The notes beneath the pieces were generated by a model. The model was not told the DNA's origin. It saw nothing but the letters and a program-made list of their open reading frames with translations, and made no database searches. Both the position numbers and the translations under genes were made by a program. From the IMG/VR virus record IMGVR_UViG_3300032331_000813, positions 20,466 to 84,465 of that record: a stretch of 64,000 nucleotides of DNA; one strand, 5' to 3'. How positions within the stretch are numbered: position 1 is the first letter of the stretch; each line of letters begins with the position of its first letter. Shown piece after piece: positions 56,401 through 61,852 of this stretch. Source of the stretch: a virus.

Positions 56401-57857
56401 GGAGTCACTGGGGCACTACCTATATGGTTAACCGAGATACGTTTGCTGATGATACAAAATTCATAAAGATAATTGAACATCTTTCTAATCTTAACTTTGT
56501 TAAGGATAGGAGAGCAAAGGCAACTAATATTCTATATGATACTATCTACATAGACCATGGCAATAAAGATATGTCTAGATTACAAAAAGAAGGAAAATTA
56601 GTAATAAAATATCAGAACAGTTATATCACTACATTCCAAAAGATGTTAGATATGCTACCTATTAAAAAAGAACATTATGTATGGGTAGTTAGTTCTATAT
56701 GTGATTATGCCGAATTTGATTTTACTTATATATGCGATCCTTTTGCAAAAGATCAATTGCATGTTTTCCCTAGTGATAGACAAAAATTTGGTGATACGTT
56801 CTTAGTTGATGTTAACAAATTACGTGAACTAATTGAAGATATGAACTCATTAGAAGATTACGTAAAAATTAACTATAATCAAAATCAACGTGTAACTAGA
56901 CTTACTCCACCTGTTATAGTTACTGAAGGGGATACACATTTATCTAGCATAAACACAGAGTTTAATTTTCCTTATGCAGTATTTGTTACAGAAGATAATA
57001 GAAATATAAATGTAGTTGACAGTGAACCAATGAGTTTATGGAGTCCTGAATCTAAAAACATTCAAGTAACCAGTATAGGTGGAACACGAATTGTGGTACC
57101 CAAAGAAGCTAAAGATTTCATAGAGACACAGTTATATGATTATCCTTACATTAAATCTAATAATAGATTATCGCAATCAATTCCATTGGACATTGTATTC
57201 TTTAGTAACGGTGAAGGTGCAGCAGATAAAAATTATGCACATTTATTAGAGATAACAAAAGGATTACCAAACAGACTAACAAGAGTAGATGGGGTGCAAG
57301 GTAGAGTAAACAGTCAACATGCGGCTGCTAATGCTAGTAAAACATCATGGTACTTCTTAGTTAATGGGAAACTGAAAGTAAGTCAAAAATTTGACTTCAA
57401 TTGGCAACCCGATAGATTACAATTACCTAAGCATTATATATTTCAAGCTACTAATCCAGTCAATGGATTAAAGTATGGACATCAAGCTATTGTTGCTAAT
57501 AACAAACGATTGACTTTAGAAAATTATGGTAGCGGATTAGATTTTACTATGGATAGTGACCATGAGATTGTCAAAATAAACAGTGGTATGGCAATATTCA
57601 ATACTAGTGAATGGGACACATGGCGTACTGCGTTCCGTGAATGCATTAAACTTAAAGCATCGGGCACTGAAGAAAATAAAGAACGATTAGAATTTTGGTT
57701 AACAGTTGCTATGGGTGACTTTGCCCAATATAGTATCGAAGGTGCTCAAGATGCTGTAGAATACTATGAAGAAGTTAATGGTGACTTTAATAAACTAAGA
57801 TTAAGCTATGACTGGGCTTGGTTAAAAACTTACTATGAGACTAAATATACGTTATGA
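53484..57857 (+). CDS. 1457-aa repeat protein: ten tandem FDFSWHP...FGTQW..GGP.Y units, degenerate GT-like units, and a C-terminal glycosyltransferase-like domain
   Basis: Repeats are visible in the translation. The C-terminal RVDGVQGRVNSQHAAA...NPVNGLKYG...WRTAFRECIKL matches 35573..36529. Confidence 0.75.
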   Translation: MRDVFYYGNKPNVHPREKFATSIEDARQQCTTEHFWIINEFCDYRNFDWEWEFDFLPDHEVWAEEHNNVWPSVHQKDSGTWLCPQTKSEIIIYRADVEPLPRKKIISNEWKFIDKVDTTKFDFSWHPDPSSPPYVYVWGNKWNPVELQPALEYHTPNATTRKYIDQVVELLPNEYFVEIQPIDKSKFDMTWRPNPLDPPFIYKWGNKFNPVEMETALEYHAPGATEVKYMKTPIEIITQWDSWENVENIDKESFDWTWRPDPREPPFIYHFGTQWQKTNGPKYTVKGATKIKYISEIKAKIMPNRENWTVPDNIDVTGFDFSWHPDATSPPYTYRFPTQWAMSGGPTYTVPGATEVKYVDVIKAKALPDKTNWDVPSYIDSDSFDFSWHPYIEDEPFIYQFGTQWQKTGGPQYVHPNIPRMASGKPIGQVKYIDTRIIKAKRLPSKKGFMPPENFKEIVDFDYSWHPDDTEPPYIYHFGTQHQKTGGPRYFVEGATEIKYVDKPRAAVLPKDNTINWEIPNNIDVSEFDFSWHPDERDEPYIYQFGTQHQKTGGPKYIVPKATEIKYVENSKAKSLSNKENWVMPDDLDIADFDFSWHPDDTEEPFLYHFGTQWSEHGGPTYVRPGAIVGVTATKYINPRVLKATVAPDKKYWIIPDDIDSDSFDFSWHPHPNSPPFIYQFGTQWQKTGGPQYIHPDITKTATGKPNGQISYVDTRVLSSTKLPLKTYWVIPDNIDVSEFDFSWHPDDTSPPTTYQFGTLLDKEDGPKYVHPNTMDDVVVYLERIAPKQVIVETVVHTDFPKYIVTTTLEDLIEEHSNELFWALNPDLDYSEFDFNWRPSIEQSQYLHAFGSPENINTQTYFVNAAAWLKGFKDINYVEDKTLNVKVNIDMFFVDRSNNESQSRFEKLKNKFPNIQKTRYLNSWVETINRCINRASSNLCWILNSELDYSDFDFNYYPNPWQMKMVHVFGTQWSHWGTTYMVNRDTFADDTKFIKIIEHLSNLNFVKDRRAKATNILYDTIYIDHGNKDMSRLQKEGKLVIKYQNSYITTFQKMLDMLPIKKEHYVWVVSSICDYAEFDFTYICDPFAKDQLHVFPSDRQKFGDTFLVDVNKLRELIEDMNSLEDYVKINYNQNQRVTRLTPPVIVTEGDTHLSSINTEFNFPYAVFVTEDNRNINVVDSEPMSLWSPESKNIQVTSIGGTRIVVPKEAKDFIETQLYDYPYIKSNNRLSQSIPLDIVFFSNGEGAADKNYAHLLEITKGLPNRLTRVDGVQGRVNSQHAAANASKTSWYFLVNGKLKVSQKFDFNWQPDRLQLPKHYIFQATNPVNGLKYGHQAIVANNKRLTLENYGSGLDFTMDSDHEIVKINSGMAIFNTSEWDTWRTAFRECIKLKASGTEENKERLEFWLTVAMGDFAQYSIEGAQDAVEYYEEVNGDFNKLRLSYDWAWLKTYYETKYTL
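53844..55790 (+). repeat. ten tandem ~65-78 aa coding repeats
   Basis: Recurring DNA cores TTTGA(C/T)TTTAG(C/T)TGGCA(C/T)CC and CAAAAGACAGGTGG(A/T)CC. Confidence 0.85.
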
Positions 57858-58045
57858 TAGTTAAACTTGCAAACAAAATTGGACAAGCACATGGAAAGTT
57901 TTTCATGTGGTTAGGACACAAAGCCGAAACTAATCCATGGTGGGCGGTCGCATTGACTGTCTGGGCATTGTATGAAATTGGTGAACATATTGCAGGGCCA
58001 GTAATGGCAATCATGTATGCTACGGGTCATCTAGTTATTCAATAA
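57854..58045 (+). CDS. small putative membrane protein (63 aa)
   Basis: Hydrophobic segment NPWWAVALTVWALYEIG; ATGA overlap with the previous gene. Confidence 0.6.
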   Translation: MIVKLANKIGQAHGKFFMWLGHKAETNPWWAVALTVWALYEIGEHIAGPVMAIMYATGHLVIQ

Positions 58046-58191
58046 TGTATCGCTATAAAGTTTGGGTTAGGTTAAATCAAACACAGACCGCCGATGTAAC
58101 TATCAATGCGGATAATGATTTACAGGCTAAGATGTTAGCAGAAGCTATATATGGTGTAGGTATGGTATTAAACTATACTCGCATTGACTAA
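58045..58191 (+). CDS. hypothetical 48-aa protein (MYRYKVWVRLNQTQTADVTINADNDLQAKMLAEAIYGVGMVLNYTRID)
   Basis: TAATG coupling at both ends; not in the ORF track. Confidence 0.6.
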   Translation: MYRYKVWVRLNQTQTADVTINADNDLQAKMLAEAIYGVGMVLNYTRID

Positions 58192-58343
58192 TGAATGTAG
58201 AAAAAGAAACCATTTATCATTTCACTTGTACTGAGTGTAAAGGGTGGTTTAGTATCGCTACTATGGAAGCGTGGAAACCAAAAAAGTTATACTGTCCACA
58301 TTGCGGCAAATTATCTGAGGAGATTGTATGTTTATTGGGTTAA
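58191..58343 (+). CDS. 50-aa zinc-ribbon protein
   Basis: CTEC...CPHCG (two CxxC motifs); TAATG coupling; not in the ORF track. Confidence 0.65.
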   Translation: MNVEKETIYHFTCTECKGWFSIATMEAWKPKKLYCPHCGKLSEEIVCLLG

Positions 58344-58474
58344 TGGGTGTTGACAATGATGGTAAGACCATGTATACTCCTGATGGTACAAAGATATTTT
58401 TCACATTGCCATGGGGACTAGCGTGGAAAGTACAAGAGATACAACATTGGATCGCTAAGAAGACCTGGAGGTAA
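58328..58474 (+). CDS. hypothetical 48-aa protein (MFIGLMGVDNDGKTMYTPDG...HWIAKKTWR)
   Basis: GAGGAG RBS upstream of ATG 58328; fills the gap to the next gene. Confidence 0.55.
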   Translation: MFIGLMGVDNDGKTMYTPDGTKIFFTLPWGLAWKVQEIQHWIAKKTWR

Positions 58475-58477
58475 TAT

Positions 58478-58708
58478 ATGAGACAAGTAGTAATAGATGA
58501 ATTAACAGAAAGAATAAAAAACTTTGAAAAAGTGGCAAAACCGCGTGATGTGGGAACCGGTATGACTGGTTCTTTTAACATGTTTAATTATACCATTCAA
58601 AGTGGAACTGCCATGACACAGGAAGAATTTGATTCATGTACATATGACGATTGGTTACGAGAAGAACATATTCGTGTGTATAAAAAAGTCAATAACCTTC
58701 TTGGATGA
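58478..58708 (+). CDS. hypothetical protein (76 aa)
   Basis: GGAGG RBS; present in the ORF track. Confidence 0.6.
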   Translation: MRQVVIDELTERIKNFEKVAKPRDVGTGMTGSFNMFNYTIQSGTAMTQEEFDSCTYDDWLREEHIRVYKKVNNLLG

Positions 58709-58711
58709 TAG

Positions 58712-58719
58712 ACTAAATA
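58712..58719 (+). promoter_or_regulatory. late-promoter-like motif upstream of the tmRNA
   Basis: ACTAAATA a few nt before the first paired segment of the tmRNA acceptor piece. Confidence 0.5.
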
Positions 58720-58795
58720 TAAGTTATTGCTGTATGAAGCAAAGAGAAAAGTGTTCTGGACGCGGGTTCGACTCCCGCCAGGTCCACCATAAAGT

Positions 58796-58876
58796 ATTTT
58801 ATTAGCTCAGTTGTGTAGAGCGTCCGCAGAATTCTAGATAAGCGGTTGGTCGTTGGTTCGAGGCCAACATAGAATA
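58796..58876 (+). tRNA. tRNA-like (pseudo-tRNA) cloverleaf inside the tmRNA intervening segment; irregular anticodon arm, no encoded CCA
   Basis: Acceptor ATTTTAT/ATAGAAT, U8-A9, D-arm GCTC-AGTTGTGTA-GAGC, anticodon stem CCGC/GCGG with a 14-nt loop, variable loop TGGTC, T-arm GTTGG-TTCGAGG-CCAAC. Confidence 0.65.
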
Positions 58877-58972
58877 CTTTATAATGGGCCTGCCCTGGTT
58901 TCGACAGAGCAAAGAGTAACAGAGTGGACAGCACGGTAGGCGATGACCGTTAATCAAGCAAATTTCATAACT

Positions 58973-59005
58973 GCAAACGATGAGTTATATTCTTTAGCCG
59001 CTTGA
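58973..59005 (+). other. tmRNA proteolysis tag reading frame (A)ANDELYSLAA*
   Basis: ATAACT precedes resume codon GCA; GCA AAC GAT GAG TTA TAT TCT TTA GCC GCT TGA. The stop codon sits in the loop of the hairpin CTTTAGCC/GGCTAAGG. Confidence 0.88.
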
Positions 59006-59048
59006 GGCTAAGGTGCAGTAGGACTTACTGTATAAAAGAAACAACCAG

Positions 59049-59070
59049 AACCCGCTTCGGCGGGTTTCTT
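59049..59070 (+). terminator. Rho-independent terminator ending the tmRNA
   Basis: AACCCGC-TTCG-GCGGGTT followed by TCTTATT. Confidence 0.8.
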
Positions 59071-59177
59071 ATTAGTAGTAACACTAATAAAGATTCATAC
59101 TTTTCACTATGTTATTTAGGTAATGGCAACATATATAAACGATATATACAATGTCAATTTGATATAGGAGAACAATT

Positions 59178-59252
59178 ATGAAATGGACTACACCTCAAGC
59201 AAATGATATGCGTTTTGGTTTTGAAATTACCATGTATATTGCTAATCGTTAA
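59178..59252 (+). CDS. pqqA: pyrroloquinoline quinone precursor peptide PqqA (MKWTTPQANDMRFGFEITMYIANR)
   Basis: 24 aa with AGGAG RBS; W-x-x-P...D-x-R-x-GFE-I-T-M-Y-x-x-NR pattern including the E-x3-Y pair that forms PQQ; followed by its own terminator; absent from the ORF track. Confidence 0.92.
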   Translation: MKWTTPQANDMRFGFEITMYIANR

Positions 59253-59266
59253 TTCACATATTAACC

Positions 59267-59293
59267 AAAAAGGTTGCTTCGGCAACCTTTTTT
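59267..59293 (+). terminator. Rho-independent terminator after pqqA (bidirectional-type)
   Basis: AAAAAGGTTGC-TTCG-GCAACCTTTTTT. Confidence 0.85.
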
Positions 59294-59325
59294 AATATAT
59301 ACTTAATACAACTAAGGAGTATTTT

Positions 59326-59634
59326 ATGAAAAAGTTAATAACATCGGCAATACTAATCATGTCTTTGACTACTGCATATGCAGTTGACCCCAAAGCACTA
59401 GCACAAAGTAAAAGTTGTTTAGCTTGTCACGCAATTGATTCTAAGCTAGTTGGACCAGCATATAAAGATGTTGCTGCAAAATATAAAAACGATCCGCTTG
59501 CTGAAGATAGATTGAGTAAAAAAATTATGTCAGGTGGTGGTGGAGTTTGGGGAACAATGCCCATGCCAGCTAATAGTCAAGTTAATCCAAATGAAGCAAA
59601 AATTCTAGCAAAATGGATTTTAAGCATAAAATAA
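59326..59634 (+). CDS. periplasmic class I cytochrome c (c551/c552-like)
   Basis: Signal peptide, CLACH haem motif, VGPAYKDVAAKY, and WGTMPMP (Met axial ligand); AAGGAG RBS. Confidence 0.92.
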   Translation: MKKLITSAILIMSLTTAYAVDPKALAQSKSCLACHAIDSKLVGPAYKDVAAKYKNDPLAEDRLSKKIMSGGGGVWGTMPMPANSQVNPNEAKILAKWILSIK

Positions 59635-59762
59635 CTATCAAGTAGTATACATTGCGTATATACTAAGTAGTTTTTACTTGAATAGATAATTTATTTGACA
59701 CTATTCAACAGACTAAATATTAATCTAACCCCAAAAGGGTTTATAACTAAAGGAAATATAAT

Positions 59763-60650
59763 ATGAAGAAAATTGCAATATCTGCATTACTAGTTGGTCT
59801 TATGGGAATGGCTCAGGCTGACGTTAGTATTTACGGAAAAGTCCGTGAATATCAAGAATCTTACACGCTTGGAACTGCATCTGCATTAACTCGCCTGACT
59901 AATGATTCAAGTCGGTTTGGTATCAAGGCTAACCAAGATGTTGGTAGCGGCATGACTGTTAGTGGTGTTATTGAAACTGGCGTAGCAATGGATGCTCCTA
60001 GTGCTACTACATTAGGTGACCGTACTGCTATCGTTAGTTTAAGCAATAGCTTTGGTACATTAAGTGCTGGTCGTGATAAACACGCAGTTACAAAAGCATT
60101 GGATAACTTTGATGTACTAGAAAATACATACGGTACAATCGTAGGTTCTATCCACTCTGCACAAGGTTCTCGTGTACAGAACGCAGTATTTTTAACTACT
60201 GCACCAATGGCAGGATTTACTGGTACTTATCACATGGCTAACAGTGAAACAGCAGGTACTACTAATGTACAAGCCGGTAGTATTAACTATTCGCTTGGTG
60301 CATTAAGTGCTACTGTAGCAAAGTATGATGACAGCGTTTCTAGTACAAGTACTACTGCTGGTGTTAAGTACACTATAGCAAGCACAGGCACAACATTGTT
60401 TGGTTTGTACTCTGATGACAAAGTTTCAAATGTAAGCACGACAGGCAAGAGCATTGGTGTTCGTCAAGCTGTTTCTCCTCAATTAGCACTATTAGCTAAC
60501 TATGGTGAAAACAGCAACGGCACTACTGGTAAAGCAGTTGGGGTAGCATATGCTATGAATAAGGCTTTGACATTCCATGCACGTTATAGCTACATTGATA
60601 CAACAACCGATGTTACTCAATATGGCGTTGGTGTAGAATTCAATTTCTAA
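59763..60650 (+). CDS. Gram-negative outer-membrane porin (betaproteobacterial/Neisseria-type general porin family)
   Basis: Signal peptide ending AQA-D, VSIYGKV, SSRFGIK, FGTLSAGR, and C-terminal beta-signal YGVGVEFNF. Confidence 0.85.
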   Translation: MKKIAISALLVGLMGMAQADVSIYGKVREYQESYTLGTASALTRLTNDSSRFGIKANQDVGSGMTVSGVIETGVAMDAPSATTLGDRTAIVSLSNSFGTLSAGRDKHAVTKALDNFDVLENTYGTIVGSIHSAQGSRVQNAVFLTTAPMAGFTGTYHMANSETAGTTNVQAGSINYSLGALSATVAKYDDSVSSTSTTAGVKYTIASTGTTLFGLYSDDKVSNVSTTGKSIGVRQAVSPQLALLANYGENSNGTTGKAVGVAYAMNKALTFHARYSYIDTTTDVTQYGVGVEFNF

Positions 60651-60667
60651 TCTAATATTAGATTAAC

Positions 60668-60690
60668 AAAAGGGCACTAGTTGCCCTTTT
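60668..60690 (+). terminator. Rho-independent terminator after the porin
   Basis: AAAAGGGCA-CTAGT-TGCCCTTTT. Confidence 0.75.
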
Positions 60691-60697
60691 CTTATGG

Positions 60698-60732
60698 ATG
60701 TAATATTTCTGTCATAATAATGTCACTAAATA
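60698..60732 (+). promoter_or_regulatory. Pho box (three 11-bp-phased PhoB half-sites) abutting a late-promoter-like ACTAAATA
   Basis: ATGTAAT-ATTT-CTGTCAT-AATA-ATGTCAC-TAAATA directly upstream of pstS; matches the CTGTCAT-N4 direct-repeat consensus. Confidence 0.75.
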
Positions 60733-60757
60733 TTTGTGTAACACACAAGGAGATTAC

Positions 60758-61753
60758 ATGAAAAAACTGTTTACAACATTATTGGCAGTGATAGCATTCG
60801 CTGCATCAGCACAAGAAATTACGGGAGCCGGAGCAACATTTCCGGCTCCGTTGTATGCAAAGTGGGCAAGTGAATATAACAAGGCCACTAACATCAAGGT
60901 CAACTATCAATCAGTTGGTTCCGGCGCAGGTATCAAGCAAATTGAAGCAAAGACTGTAACATTTGGTGCAAGTGATATGCCACTTACAGATGATAAATTA
61001 AAAGAAATTGGACTATTTCAGTTCCCTACAGCAATCGGTGGAGTTGTTCCGGTGATCAATGTCAAAGGTATTGAGCCAGGTCAACTACGTTTGACTGGTG
61101 CAGTCATAGCTGAAATCTTTTTAGGCAAGATTGTTCGTTGGGATGATGCTGCTATCAAAGCATTAAACCCGTCACTAGCTTTACCTGATCAAGCCATCAC
61201 AGTGGTTCGCCGTGCAGATGGAAGTGGTACAACATTCATCTGGACCAACTACTTGAGCAAAGTAAGCAAAGAGTTCAAAGACACCATTGGTGAAGGTACT
61301 GCGGTCAGTTGGAAAGTAGGCGCAGGCGGCAAAGGTAATGAAGGCGTTTCTGCTATGGTAAGACAACTTCCAGGAGCATTGGGCTATGTTGAATATGCTT
61401 ATGTAAAACAAGCCAAGATGAACTGGGTCAATGTGCAAAACAGTGCAGGTAATTGGGTAGCACCTACAGAAGATGCATTCAAAGCAGCCGCTGCTAATGC
61501 TGATTGGAACAAGAGTTACTATCAGATATTGACTAATCAAGCAGGCAAAGAAGCATGGCCAATATCAGGTGCTACATTCATTCTTGTTTATATCAAACCA
61601 GGTGATGTAGTTGCATCTAAAACTGCTATGACATTCTTTGATTGGGCATTTAGCAATGGTGACAAATCAGCAGATGATTTAGACTATGTGGCACTTCCGC
61701 CAGCAGTCAAAGCTAAGATTCGTGCAGATTGGAAACAATTAGGCTTGTTTTAA
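60758..61753 (+). CDS. pstS: phosphate ABC transporter substrate-binding protein PstS
   Basis: GAGATFPAPLY, YQSVGSGAG, FGASD, RRADGSGTT, GKGNEGV and WPISGATF; ATG 60758 with AAGGAG RBS and a signal peptide. Confidence 0.95.
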   Translation: MKKLFTTLLAVIAFAASAQEITGAGATFPAPLYAKWASEYNKATNIKVNYQSVGSGAGIKQIEAKTVTFGASDMPLTDDKLKEIGLFQFPTAIGGVVPVINVKGIEPGQLRLTGAVIAEIFLGKIVRWDDAAIKALNPSLALPDQAITVVRRADGSGTTFIWTNYLSKVSKEFKDTIGEGTAVSWKVGAGGKGNEGVSAMVRQLPGALGYVEYAYVKQAKMNWVNVQNSAGNWVAPTEDAFKAAAANADWNKSYYQILTNQAGKEAWPISGATFILVYIKPGDVVASKTAMTFFDWAFSNGDKSADDLDYVALPPAVKAKIRADWKQLGLF

Positions 61754-61798
61754 ACCGACCTCAAAATAGAGAGGAGGCTGGAACTCGTAACCAGCACT

Positions 61799-61820
61799 AA
61801 GGGCCGAAAGGCTCTTTTTT
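61799..61820 (+). terminator. Rho-independent terminator after pstS
   Basis: AAGGGCC-GAAA-GGCTCTT followed by TTTT. Confidence 0.75.
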
Positions 61821-61852
61821 ATTAAATATAATAAGAGTGAGAACAAAAATGT

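Larger units (their letters stand above)
58724..59070 (+). ncRNA. ssrA: circularly permuted (two-piece) tmRNA: acceptor piece ~58724-58789, intervening segment 58790-58885, coding piece 58886-~59070
   Basis: The T-arm GCGGG-TTCGACT-CCCGC and CAGGTCC-A-CCA (ends 58789) lie upstream of the 5' strand GGGCCTG (58886). The two form a 7-bp acceptor stem with G3.U70. Helix-2 pairings: CAGAGCA(58905)/TGTTCTG(58752) and ACAGCA(58928)/TGCTGT(58728). Tag frame ANDELYSLAA*. Outer ends are approximate. Confidence 0.9.

Noticed and set aside
58796-58876. Functional canonical tRNA or evidence of amber recoding
   Set aside because: The anticodon loop is 14 nt, the D-loop lacks GG and there is no CCA. All long genes, including the 23-kb ORF, read through in the standard code. 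Kept only as a tRNA-like element.
58713-58934. 73-aa minus-strand ORF containing MVDLAGVEPAS
   Set aside because: This is the typical antisense translation of a tmRNA/tRNA T-arm and acceptor end; the region is an RNA gene on the plus strand.
59695-59724. Sigma70 promoter for the porin (perfect TTGACA)
   Set aside because: There is no convincing -10 hexamer at 16-18 bp spacing; the ACTAAATA late-type motif at 59712 is the simpler explanation.
60648-60665. Perfect 18-bp palindrome TAATCTAATATTAGATTA over the porin stop; similar AT-rich inverted repeat at 59069-59090
   Set aside because: Both are very AT-rich, single-copy and next to terminators; no function can be supported.
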